This document shows positions 40,310 through 52,670 of a DNA stretch of 64,000 nucleotides, in pieces. This DNA comes from Octopus bimaculoides. Its lineage: Eukaryota. The position numbers and the translations under genes were made by a program. The DNA lies in NCBI RefSeq assembly GCF_001194135.2, contig NC_068987.1, positions 55,274,814 to 55,338,813 of the forward strand. Reading direction: 5' to 3'. A model generated the notes under the pieces. The model searched no databases and was not told the DNA's origin. It worked only from the letters and a program-made list of their open reading frames with translations. Positions within the stretch are counted from its first letter, which is position 1; each line of letters starts with the position of its first letter.

Positions 40310-40985
40310 TAATTACGTTCTGAGTTCAAATTTCGCCGAGGTCGACTTTGCCTTTCATCCTTTAGAAGCCGATAAAATAAGTACCAGTTGAGTACGGAAG
40401 TCAATTTAATCGAATAGCTCCCCGCCACCACCACCTCCCTTGTAAAATTTCAGACCGTGTGTCTAAGCAGAAAGATTTATCACTATGATCATTATTATTA
40501 TACACTGTCGTCTATGATACATTTTCCTCACACTGTGTATCCATATAGAGCATTCCCATTATACCTATGTAGTAAAACTCCAATCATTTCGCATTTATAA
40601 TTTGTTCACTTGTCCGTCACTGTTGTGGTCGTAAAATAAATGTGCCGACTGAATCGTTAAAGCGTTGGTAAAAATGCCTCACGCTAATATTCGGGCCCTA
40701 CATGTTCTGAGTTTAAATTCCGCCTATGTCAGCTTTGCCTTTCATCCTTTCAGGGTTGATAAAATGGTTTCGGCTAACCCATTCCCCTCTTAAATTAAAA
40801 GGAAATTGAGTCGGCAGAATCGTTGGAGCGTTGGACTTGCGGCATTTCTTTCGGTTCCATACTTTCGGAGTTCAAATCTTGTCAAGATTAACTTTGCCTT
40901 TCATCCCGACTGTCGTTAAAGTAATTCGAGTTCTGGGCTGATTGAATTGGCTAATCTCTTCCCTTACAATTTTTGTCCTTGCATA
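40310..40985 (+). mobile_element. Three SINE family A copies
   Basis: Cores near 40320, 40710 and 40870. Confidence 0.75.
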
Positions 40986-41120
40986 TCAGGAACCGCTATT
41001 ATCGTTGTAATAGTAATAGTAGTCACTCTCGCCGGCCAGGTACATGGGTAGTGGGCTTTTTTAAGGAAAGAATGATCTTTTATCTAATTTTTTTTTCAGT
41101 AATAAGACTGCGCCGACTTT

Positions 41121-41128
41121 AAAAAAAA
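41121..41128 (-). terminator. Pol III oligo-T terminator of tRNA-Arg
   Basis: T8 run on the - strand 14 nt downstream of the tRNA 3' end. Confidence 0.75.
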
Positions 41129-41142
41129 TTAGAAATCTTTAC

Positions 41143-41215
41143 TACCTCTGACGGGACTCGAACCCGCAATCCCCGGCTTAGGAGGCCGGTGCCTTATCCA
41201 TTGGGCCACAGAGGC
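41143..41215 (-). tRNA. tRNA-Arg(CCT)
   Basis: Reverse complement GCCTCTGTGGCCCAATGGATAAGGCACCGGCCTCCTAAGCCGGGGATTGCGGGTTCGAGTCCCGTCAGAGGTA, 73 nt. 7-bp acceptor stem, D arm, anticodon stem CCGGC/GCCGG with loop CT-CCT-AA, T loop TTCGAGT, intact A and B boxes, no intron. Confidence 0.95.
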
Positions 41216-41754
41216 TTCGCTCAAAAGCAGCATCTAGTGAAACGACTTCATTATACTACTAGAACATATTTTATCTGTTCTGGCTTAATTAGATGCTAAT
41301 TAACAGTAACACTACGGTTGATTGAGTAGGAATGGTAGTATGGCAACAAAACCCATCCCTCTTTATATTATACCCATAGGAAAATTTGAAACTGGCACTG
41401 CTAGTTAACAAAATTACTCGTTATTTATAATATGATATTGCTGCTGTTTTAAAGCAGTATATTTCTTTCTCGCCTACATTACATATTTTCAGAGACATAA
41501 CTACAGTTTGGTGCCCCACTCCAACCTTGTTTTCTAATAGCTTTCTTAAGAGTTCGGAGCTGTACTTGCCAGGCAAGTGATTTGCAAGGAAAACACGTTA
41601 GTCGTTCAAAAACACACAAAGGCTGTTAGCTTTGTTATTGGTTATATGGGGAGCAAAATTTTCGTTGCACAAACTGCTACCTGGTCGCTAACTAGGAGAC
41701 ATTGCATCGTTTCTTAAAATTGCGTATTGGAGATACGTTTTCGATGCATGCCGA

Positions 41755-41965
41755 TTATTCTTTTACCTGTTTCAGCCATTTGACTGCGGCCATGCTGGAG
41801 CACCGCCTTGAAGTGTTTTATTCGAACGAACGAATCGACGCCAGAACTTATTTATTAAGCTTAGTACTTATTCTATCAGTTTCTTTACCGAACCGCTAAG
41901 TTATGGGGGACATAACCACACCAACACCGGTTGCCAAGCGGTGATGGGGGACACAGACACACACA
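41755..41965 (-). mobile_element. SINE family B 3' part
   Basis: gcggccatgctggagcaccgcc...gtacttattctatc...ccgaaccgctaag. Confidence 0.7.
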
Positions 41966-43912
41966 TGTATATATAGAACATGAGTGGTTTAGTTCACTGG
42001 TGATCTAAACGAATAGGTACGATGAGTAAGTGCTATAATTGGTCATCTGCTAGGTTCCAGGTTCACAGCTGAGGCTGAATCTAGGGATCAGTATTAGGCT
42101 TCCGAGTTAGCTGGTATATATTATACGAGAGGAAAAGGGACAACAAAAACCAAGGCAGGACAGGTATCATACATACTCACCTTATCTCTGATACCTAGTG
42201 TATGGACATGCTAGCCTATCACTTGGGATATCACAGAAACAGCTGTAAGACTTCAAATTCACCTTACCCTAATTAAATATTCTAAATGACTTGAGATACC
42301 TGTCCTGCCTTGGTTTTTGTTGTCCCTTTTCCACTAATATAATATAAAATACACACAAACACGCATAATCAAGTCAAAGACCTGTAATCCTTTAAGGGAT
42401 GTTTGCATCCTAGTTCTTCGGTTTATACCAGTGTTCAGTGGAAACTAAATACTTTAGTTTTACATTGATGTATATTGGTATTTAAATGTTTCTGATTGAG
42501 AAAAAAGAAGAAAATGGAGAAGTTGACATCAGTTTATTCAAAGATATTTCCAGTTAATATAAAAATGAAATTTTTATCCCTACAGCCGTTTCCATACCCA
42601 ATTAATTCAATTTAATTTAATTTCTCTAATTGAACTAACTGGGTATGGAAACAGTTGTAGGGATAAAAATTTCATTTTATATCAACTGGAATATGTTTGA
42701 ATAATCTGATATCTATACGTCAATTTCTCCATTTTCTTCCTTTTCTTATATATATATATATATATATNNNNNNNNNNNNNNNNNNNNNNNNNNNNNNNNN
42801 NNNNNNNNNNNNNNNNNNNNNNNNNNNNNNNNNNNNNNNNNNNNNNNNNNNNNNNNNNNNNNNNNNNNNNNNNNNNNNNNNNNNNNNNNNNNNNNNNNNN
42901 NNNNNNNNNNNNNNNNNNNNNNNNNNNNNNNNNNNNNNNNNNNNNNNNNNNNNNNNNNNNNNNNNNNNNNNNNNNNNNNNNNNNNNNNNNNNNNNNNNNN
43001 NNNNNNNNNNNNNNNNNNNNNNNNNNNNNNNNNNNNNNNNNNNNNNNNNNNNNNNNNNNNNNNNNNNNNNNNNNNNNNNNNNNNNNNNNNNNNNNNNNNN
43101 NNNNNNNNNNNNNNNNNNNNNNNNNNNNNNNNNNNNNNNNNNNNNNNNNNNNNNNNNNNNNNNNNNNNNNNNNNNNNNNNNNNNNNNNNNNNNNNNNNNN
43201 NNNNNNNNNNNNNNNNNNNNNNNNNNNNNNNNNNNNNNNNNNNNNNNNNNNGAAAAGATTCGTTTTAAAGAAATACATGAGGAATCAGAGCCGGGGAGGG
43301 GAATAATCCCAAAGTGAGTGAAACTGTTTTTAATCTTTATCAAAATAATTGTAATGTACACAGTCGAAAACGTAACTTAGCAACATTTTCATTTAAAATT
43401 AGGTATCTTATAGGAAGTTGTAAGAAAATAGTCGTCGTGGGACCAAACTGAAGTTATGCTTTTTTTTATGTAGTTGGATTAAACTTTTTCATATTTTAAA
43501 ATCAATATACTATTTTTTTTTACGTCTACTTTTGTATCATATTGTGCGTCTCCTTAATAAGCCTCTCTCTACTCTATTACTTCTACAACTACAGTGAAGC
43601 CCACTCTTCGCTGGTGAGGGAGTCTAATAATATCAAAACATATCTTGAGTTGTCTTCCGTGCCTGTCGAAACGATTAAAATGTCATTTACCTAAAGTTGT
43701 CGTTTTGTCACAGCGAATTAAAAAAATTATTTAATGTTCACTACATCAAATATGCTCACACTAACTTAAGCTATTTTATAATTAAAGGGTTATTTCAACA
43801 TTAACCAAAGCTATTTAATAGTTGGAGGATTATAAGTGACAATTTTTTATCAGTGAATGCATATCGTTTAGCATTCGGTCAGTTCTCTAGTACTTTATAT
43901 AAACTGTCGGCA

Positions 43913-44280
43913 TACCCCCACCGACTTTGAAATAAAACAAATATGGACGACTTGCTCCGAAACACCACCGAGTGGGGAACACTTCTCAAAAATAACCTGC
44001 AATTGTTTCCTTCAAAATTCCTATATGCTCGAAATGTACATACATCAAGGTATATTTGTAGAAAATTTCACGAATAAATATTCATTTTCCTGGAAGTTAA
44101 GAGGAATTTAAGTGGACTTTGGTGGGATTTCCGAAAATTATCCCCCACCCCCTCCCAAAACACTTTCACCGAAAATTTTTGTATATTCGGAATCTACATA
44201 ATAAATAATATATGCATAGAAAATTTCATAAAAAAATATTCATTTTTCTGAAAGTTATGACCTTCCAAAGTCGGCGGGTA
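43913..44280. mobile_element. MITE-like element with TA ends
   Basis: TACCCCCACCGACTTTG / CAAAGTCGGCGGGTA termini; internal duplicated tagaaaatttca...aatattcatttt block. Confidence 0.5.
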
Positions 44281-45218
44281 CAACTCTGTAGTTATGCCTA
44301 AACTGTCCACTACCCCGTATATACTCAGACATCTGTATTTTCTGGGCATAATTGCTCCTCGTACAAGATTTAGTCTGGTACTAGTGGAAATAAATTATTC
44401 CGATTTGTATTATCCCTGGCTTCAGTCGAATATGAAAAAAAAAAAAAAAATGCGCGTTGGCGAATGGGGGCCGGAGGAGAGGACCCGGAAAATTCACATC
44501 GAGAATGTTCCGAGTCCTCTCACCACTTCCCCGTCAGTCGGCGAAATTTTTTTCTTCATATTCGTTTACTACACATTATTTTACAGCTAGCACACTATTT
44601 TTTGTTTTTTTTTTCACTTTTGTGACCGGGTGTTAACGTTCAGTTTTCGGATCTTGTAGATTAATCGGGTGAATTTTTCGAGTCGTCTCCCCGCATTTTT
44701 TTTTTCATATTCGTTTACTACATGTTCTACACATATTGCACTATTTTTCTTTTTTTTTTTTTTGCTCGGGTTAAACACTTTAGTTTTACCGCAAAACCAA
44801 TGTTCACTCTCTGACCGACCATAACCAACAATTTTCCAAAAATATGTGTATATGTACACACATACACACACATTTTTAAAGCCACCCAAGTACAGACCGT
44901 TGGACAGTACTACAGAGAACGAAAATTAAGATGAATGGGGAGGAAAATATAAAATAAAAAAGGTTAGTTAAATGAGTAAATGAACAAGGTATGAAAGGTT
45001 TTCATGATCAAATGTATGGGAACTGTTGTTTATCAAAGTCGTCCAGGCTGTGGCTATCCTGTCTTAATCCGATGGATAAAAATCCCGAACCACATTCTTC
45101 AATGAATGATTTTCTGAAACGCTGATGCGATTTGAAGATTTGGCTACTTGTAAGATGGTGATGTGGTTGCCGAAGTTGATTTATATTTATTAAACTCATA
45201 GTGGTCCTTATTTAGATA

Positions 45219-45221
<3 letters not shown>

Positions 45222-45255
<34 letters not shown>

Positions 45256-45365
45256 AACAGACAGACAGACAGAGACAGAGAGAGAGTGAGAGAGAGAGAG
45301 AGAGAGAGAAAGTGAGAGAGAGAGTAAGTGAGAGAGATAGAGAGAGAGAGAGTAGTAGTAGTAAT
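45222..45365. repeat. (GA)n/(GACA)n compound microsatellite
   Basis: Directly visible. Confidence 0.95.
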
Positions 45366-46530
45366 AGTATTAGAATGCGAGTGGATATGTGTGATAAATA
45401 AATTTGTACGTTTACTAATCCTTTTGTTTGAATGCACGTAATAATGCTAGTCAAATTCAATGTATATATTTTGTAGCACACTATAGCAAGACTTTATGTA
45501 CCTTCAGAAAGATTTTGACTACTAATAGACAATAGACAGTTTTATATGAAGCAATTACAGTTTTCCAACTCACATGTGAGGTTACCGTATTTATTTCTAA
45601 CTAATATGCAGAATACTCTCCCCAAACATATTCCCTCAGCCATGATGTGAATAGATAATGGGGACATAACTGAGGAAGTCTGACGCCTCGGCATGGTCAC
45701 CCTACCTTGCTAGAAATAGTAACCACATGTTCCCCAAACCACGTTACATATTATTTTCTTTGTTTTATCCATTTATTCATTTTTTAAAGCCAAATTGGTA
45801 ATGTAGTATTAGATATACTGTGACTGAATAAAAGACGAGATAGTCGTGTCGTGGCTGGATTGCTTTTTACTATATGTTTGCTCGATCAGAGCTGGCCTGG
45901 GGCTAAACAAGAACAACGGGGACATAACTAGTTCAGCTTCTTTATTAATAATTTTTATCTTGCTCGCAAGGCTTGCTGTTGATTGTTTAATCAAGTTACA
46001 TCCATGCCACGTGACGGGAAAATAAGAGAGATATATGCAAAAATTAAAGGAGGCAGGTCTTTGAAAAAGTACTGTGATGTGATATGAGGTCTCTGAAGAT
46101 GTATGGTTTTCCGTTCTCCCCTCTCAGTATCTCAAGATTCACCTCGTTTTTCATTTTAACAACCGTTTTCGATGAGATTGGTTATTAAGTAATTAAAAGA
46201 CAAAGGAAACAATACACATAAAGCTGTAGTAGAGTCGATGTGAATATATTTGATATAGTGAGCTAAGATAATTTAAATTAAATTTACGTCCACAGACAGT
46301 CAGAAGTAATTAAAGAAAAAAAATCATCCGTGTGATGATTAATCCTAGGCAAGGGAGACTACTGAAATTTAAGTAAAAATTAATATTGTGTAGAGTTAGT
46401 AATGAGAGTGATTTTTGTTAGTAACACAATTTCGGTCTTATCACACTTCCACAGCTAATCATAGTTTAACCAATAATGCTAGATTATAAAATAAACGCGC
46501 GCGCGTGTGCACGAGCGAGTATACGTGAGA

Positions 46531-46535
<5 letters not shown>

Positions 46536-46585
<50 letters not shown>

Positions 46586-46609
46586 TGTGTGTGTGTGTGT
46601 GTGTGTGTG
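46536..46609. repeat. (TG)n microsatellite
   Basis: Directly visible. Confidence 0.95.
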
Positions 46610-46616
46610 CGCGCGA

Positions 46617-47509
46617 AGGCGCATGGCTCAATGGTTAGAGCATCGGTCTAACAATCGTGAGGTAGTGAGTTCGATTCCCGAACCGAACAGTATGTTGTGT
46701 TCTTGAGCAAGACACTTTATTTCATGTTGCTCCAGTTCACTCAACTGTAGGAATGAGCTGCGACATCACTGGTGCCAAGTTGTATCGGCTTTTGCCTTTC
46801 CCTTAGATAACATCGGTGACGAGGAGAAGGGAGGCTGGTATGCATGGGCGACTGCTGGTCTTCCATAAACAACCTTGTCCGAACGTAAATTTTTTATTCC
46901 ACGAGAGTTCCGGACCCCCAACCCAGTTATGAACTCATTTGCATACAGCCAATCAGAGCTCAACTATCAAACTAATTTATGAGTGCATAACAAATGACGG
47001 GCGATAAGATAAGGTCACTTGAGTAAGGAATGACCATGCTTCTTTTCTCTTTTAATAATGCTTCTTGATCTTATTCTTGTTTCAACCATGACTGCCTCTG
47101 CGTAGTTATTTGCGTTGTTTACTTTCTAAAACAGTTAGGGGAGAGGGTTGTTAGCACATCATCCTCTACCCACATTTTTCCCATCCACATCTTTACCATA
47201 TGGGGCCCTAACAAAATCCGATAATAGGTGTAGATGCAAATCTATCTAATTGTCTCCTTGTAAAATCAGGCATAACTTGGCGATCAGTCGATTTACAACA
47301 CCGTTCTTCGCCTTGAGTTTACTTGGTAGAGTTTACTTTGTTAACTTGACAACCAGGTCAAGGTGAGTTCTGATTAGCTGTATGCAAATGAGTTCATTAC
47401 TGGGGTCCAGAACTCACGTGGGAAAAAAATTCGCTGTCCGGACTTGTGCTTTGGAAGGGAACTGTCAAAGTGCAATCCCATGGTCATTCATGACCGAAGG
47501 GATCTTTAC
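46617..47509 (+). mobile_element. tRNA-derived SINE family C split by a MITE (46617-46884 and 47435-47509)
   Basis: Head GGCGCATGGCTCAATGGTTAGAGC...GTTCGATTCCCG; the body resumes exactly after the insertion (cttgtccggacttgtgc). Confidence 0.9.
46885..47434. mobile_element. Mutator/MULE-like MITE, 550 bp
   Basis: About 75-bp imperfect TIRs starting G and ending C; 9-bp TSD TGTCCGAAC (46876-84) / TGTCCGGAC (47435-43). Confidence 0.8.
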
Positions 47510-47625
<116 letters not shown>

Positions 47626-48718
47626 GCACATACACATATGTTGTTTCATGGGTGTTTATAGTAATATAATTAAAGTGGGGAACTCGTTGCTCAAAAAGAA
47701 TTTCTTAGCTTCGACGGAAACACAACATCGTTACATTATGATCTAGCAAATCTCACGATTTGTTCGTTCACCGTCAAAGCATCTAATGGCATACAAAACA
47801 GAATATATCGATAGTTAAGACGACATGCAAACAGGTTAGCAAAAAACTGACAGACAAACATGATGACAGGCAAACAGAAAGGTAGATAGAGAAAACAAAT
47901 TGTGAGAGTGAAGTAAACTGAACAGCGCCCCATAGTTAGTCTTGGAGACAATAAACTACCTATATTTAAAGATTAGAAGGTAAAACATGGCCGTAGGTTT
48001 CAAAAAGTGACCGGATATGCAAAGTTAATGGATTTAAATCATAAGTTTTATAGATTTTTGGAACAGTGGCACTGATTAAATAGCTGTTTTGAATCTTTTA
48101 GTGGAACTCTTTCGAAAACTTGTATTAATCCTTTGTCTATCGTATGTGGTACACAGGACATATTTCTGCTGCACTCATGCATCATATATGAGGCACATGC
48201 CCAATTTTTTCAACCATCAGAATAATTTGGGACTTATGAAAGGAAATCATTATATTATTCAGTACGCATGAAATTAAGGCTAAGCGCTTAAAAACAAACA
48301 TGGACGTTTTGGACGTGATTTGATCAGGCAGATGGTTAAAAGTATGATCACTCGACAATGAATTTTAGGAATAACGTAGGCAGTCCAGTAAGATTTTTCA
48401 GGACTGAGTATCTGATTTAACGAAGTTTTTTGAAATCTGAAATGCGAGTGATATATGACTGGGTGTAGTAACAAGCCTTGGATACTCGATGGCTTTGTTA
48501 AAATTATGTCAGTCTTAGCTAATGTGTTGTGTAACTGATAATAATTTAATTAACATTTCCAGTTTTTCCAACAAGTGAGTCACTGATAAGATAATCTGAA
48601 CAAGGATAGTTTCCGGTATGTAACTCTTCTAAATATAGATACAAAGTGAGTGAAAGAATTGGAACAAAAATTTGTGGTGTGTGTGTGTGTGTGTGTAATA
48701 TAATATACTACATACATA

Positions 48719-49258
48719 TACGAGGGGGTACCTAAAAGTAACCGAAAACGTTCTCTGTGGGACATTGTAGTTCAGGCTTCCACCGCTAGAACCTACTTGA
48801 TGCGACCCTCTGCTGACCGGCGTTGTCCACTGAGGTCATACTGCTACGTGGTGCGTCTTTGTTTTGCAGTGCTGTTCCCCTGTTCATCGACTTTTACGAT
48901 AGCTGAAACGAAGGAATAGCGTGCTTCCGTGAAATTCCGTTTTCTGCCGATGAAAACGGCGGCCGAAACAGTTGTCATGCTTCAAACAGCTTACAAAGCT
49001 GCTGCCATGAGCAAAACACAAGTTTACGAGTAGTTTCCACGCTTTAGGAATGGTCACTTGTCGCTTCAGGGCAACTGTCCGACCTCCCGAACGAATGAAA
49101 ATATGAAACTTCATGAACTGATCTTGAAGGACTGTCACCGAACAATTGACGAACTTGTTGAAATGAATGGCGTGTCCTGGAATTCCTGCCAACTAATTTT
49201 GAGCGAGGAATTGCGAATGAAAAGAGTTGCAGCAAAATTTGTGCCTCGCTTGCTCAGG
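48719..49258 (+). pseudogene. mariner element 5' half (TIR plus N-terminal transposase)
   Basis: TA-CGAGGGG terminus; AETKE*RASVKF...KTAAETVVMLQTAY...SKTQVYE*F...RTIDELVE...ILSEELRMKRVAAKFVPRLL (linker WVP-like motif); stops and a frameshift. Confidence 0.9.
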
Positions 49259-49705
49259 GTAAAAACCTCGAAATGCGCATTTAAGAACTCTTATGCCATT
49301 ATTTAGCTACTTTATGTTATACTACAGTAGGGTATATTCAAGGGCTTGATACACGTGTGGAACTCCTGTTTGCATAAGATTAATACAAAAATAATATAAC
49401 ACGAGGATGGAGAATATCAGGCTTTCATAGAAGATCGCAACATTTATTTCTGCATCGCATACCAGCTTTAAGTTGCTGAGTTTATATTTACATATTGCAT
49501 TATACAAGATCATTCTTTATAATTACTAAATAGTTGAATATTTTTCAGCAACAGGCTTGTGTGGCTGTTTCATCAGTTGGAATACGATTAAGTCTTCTTG
49601 GATAGTTCTGAATTCTCCGGGTATACGATGCACCAATCAAATTATCAGATTCCCGGGAATACAAACACAATTACAAAAGTATTATTATTACAATGATAAC
49701 ACTAG

Positions 49706-49999
49706 GGTAAAGATTCCCTTCGGTCATGAATGACCATGGCATTGCACCGAGAAAGTTACCTTCCGAGGCACAAGTCCAGGCAAGGTTGTTTACGCAAGAC
49801 CAGCAATCATTCGCCACCGATGTTATCCAAGGGAAAGGCAGAGACCGATACATCTTCGCAACTCGTTTCTGCAGCAGAGTGAGCTGGAGTAACGTGAAAT
49901 AAAATGCCTTTCCCAAGAACATAACACACAACCCGGTCCGGGAATCGAACTCACTACCTCATGATTGTGAGCCCGACGCTCTAACCACAGCCATTCGCC
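49706..49999 (-). mobile_element. SINE family C, near full length
   Basis: Reverse complement of the 46617 SINE. Confidence 0.85.
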
Positions 50000-50149
50000 A
50001 ACAACAATAACAGAGTCAAGGTAACCTTCACGGTAGTCATAGTACTAAGAAAAAAGAAAAAATGATAACCAAAATAATCTTATTTGATTACCCCTGTCAC
50101 TCAAATTCAAGTTCCTATTGACAGTCGCAGCATATGGCAAAAAAAAAAA

Positions 50150-50290
50150 AAACTACAAATAGGAGACCAGATTTAGCGATAACATCAAAGAAGCTAGTGA
50201 TGAAAGTTTTGCAAAGTTATGCAGACTGGCACAAGATAGACATGGATGGAGAGGCCGCGGCGGCGCAATTATTTGAGCCTTCTGTCAAGA
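50150..50290 (+). mobile_element. RTE LINE extreme 3' coding end
   Basis: FSDNIKEASDESFAKLCRLAQDRHGWRG matches the A-DR--WR end of RTE ORFs. Confidence 0.5.
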
Positions 50291-50982
50291 GAAGAGAAGA
50301 ATTTCGTTATATTTCGATAGGATGGGGAACCACTTGTTCAATGACGGCACTTAGGGTTATGGTCACCTAAAGATGGTTCTGGAACCAGGACCTGATTCGT
50401 GCATGTTTTATCGACCATCTGTAGGACTTGGACTTTAACGAGATACTGCAAGGAATTTTGTCAGAAGCTCTACCGATTCTACTTCCACCCCTACAGTGCA
50501 ATAACAAGTAAGTACTGGATCCAATAGTGTTCTTTCTAACAAAAGTTGGCTCCTGTTTTCGTAAAAAGTCTTTTTCTAGTAATAACGACACATGTTTTTT
50601 TTTTAAAAACCCCACTTAGCTGTGTGGTTAAGAAGCTCGATTTGCAACCACATGGTTGCGGGTTCAGTTTCCACCTTGGGCAAATGTCTTTTACCATAGT
50701 CTTGGGCTGACTAATCAGGGGTTGTAAATAATTGATTGGAACCTTTCCTAACAATCAATTTTAATCGGGATACAGTCCAATCAATTATTGCAATTAATTA
50801 TCAATTATTTTGCCGAACGTAAAAACACCATATATTTTGGAATGTTAGCTTCGATTTAGGTAAGAGTCAAAATGACAGGAAAATAAAAGACACAACTTAT
50901 AATTTCAAAGAACTTTATTATCAGAAAACGTTCAAAGTTCAATTTTATTGATTTAGTATTGGGAACAAACAACATGTATACT

Positions 50983-52201
50983 CTACATTGTACAGTAGTT
51001 GAAAAACAAATAAATTGAAGGTCTTTCATTGAAAGAATTTCTCAAACGAGTTGCACAATTAAAATGTTCTAATATAGCAAAAGATCCTGAACAATTGCAG
51101 ATTTCTGAAACTAAGTCTTCATCCCAGAAAGCGCGACCGACTTTTAGAAATAATTGCATTTCTAAATCCATTATAGTTAAGTATTGCCGAAAATCATTAA
51201 AAGCATAACTTACTGAGCTGAAGAAACGTTCCAAGGTGTTGGACGTTGGTAACAAAAATCTACGGTTCAGATATTGCTGAGGTGAAATTTTATCTTTTTT
51301 GTGTTTTTCCAAACAAACTGAAGCAAAATCATCATCTTCTACAGGTAAATCAGACTGTTGTGACGTGTCTGTCACCACTTTCAGCAGATGTAGAACAGCC
51401 ACTTCATCCGCAGTTAACTCTGCTTCAGCATATTGTAAAAAATTCACAACTCTACTTTCAAAATTTAGGCTGTGCACAATGGCTGCAGAAACAGCTAGAT
51501 TGAATTTATGAGAGGCACATCCAATCAATGTTATTCTACACAAATTCGCTATAGATTTGTTCACTCCAATATTATCTCCAGTAACAGCTACAACATTTTC
51601 TAAATTTTTGTTATAGACACTTAACACATACTCTATAAATTCGACATAATCAGAAGCAGTGAATGATTTTTCACATACCATTGACGCAAATGCCAGCAAA
51701 ACAGTGCAATAATCATTTTGATAATTGCACGAGTAAGATGCAAAAAGTCCAATGAAATGCATCGAACCCTTAGTCCAACGAAAATTTACTGGGAAGTTTA
51801 TCAGATATTTTCTTTTCTACTTCTTGAGTAAGTTTCTCCATGCATTTCTTTAAGACCATATTTGTCATACTTCACAAGTTTGTGTACTTCAGTGGGTCTT
51901 CAGTAAAGGAAAATAGTTTTAAACCAACACATACCCACTCAATCCAACCATTAACATTCAAGGCCGAGCGACTGACCAAACTACTTGGTGAAAGAAAGCT
52001 CGATAAAGACGGTCGTCCAGTTGCTTGTGTAGTAGAATACTCTGGATGCTGGGTTTTTTTTTATATGTTTCATAAGATTTGTTCATCCAGTTCCTTTTCT
52101 TTTTACTGTGTCAACTTTTTTCCACGCTTGCATTTTCATACATGTTCACTGTCTGTCTGGTTAAGATATTTTTTGACGATTTGCTCGTTTTCATGCGGCA
52201 T
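50983..52201 (-). pseudogene. hAT transposase pseudogene (BED-like finger, catalytic core, dimerisation domain)
   Basis: Degenerate C-x-C...H-x(3-5)-H N-terminus; VTGDN, IGCASHKFNLAV (CxxH), PTSNTLERFFS (catalytic E), LEMQLFL...FW. The middle appears deleted between NLAVS and AAIVHS. Confidence 0.85.
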
Positions 52202-52354
52202 GGGTTAGTTTAAAATAAAAGATATTTCGCCACGGTTTAAAATAGAAAATATTTCGCCACTCCACTGATGAAAGTCTGATTCAGTTAATATGTTGGAGCG
52301 GAATTCAAGATACAACCGCATTGCAGACGAAGTTACGATTTAATGACTTGAAGG

Positions 52355-52670
52355 CAGAATGTGTGAATCATTCTCGGCAGTCAGAACCAAGAATCACTCG
52401 ACAGTGATTATTTGACAACATTCACAATAGCCAATTCCCAAACGCGACAGAATGTGTGAATCATTCTCGACAGTCCTAACCAAGCGTCAATACTCAACAG
52501 CGGTTATTTGACAACATACACAATAGCCAATTCCTAAGCATGATAGAATATGTACCATTCTCAGCAGTCCGAATCAAGCATCAACACTTGACAACATACA
52601 CAATAAGTCAATTCCTAAGCACGACAGAATGTGTGAATCATTCTCAGCAGTCAGAACAAAGCATCAACAC
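52355..52670. repeat. Tandem array, about 3.5 copies of an 80-95 bp unit, inside the hAT
   Basis: cagaatgtgtgaatcattctc...ttgacaacat-cacaata-ccaattcc units starting near 52355, 52448, 52543 and 52624. Confidence 0.85.

Noticed and set aside
49535-49580. CTGATGA...GAAA hammerhead-like match on the - strand
   Set aside because: A 3-nt insertion before GAAA, and no helix I or III.
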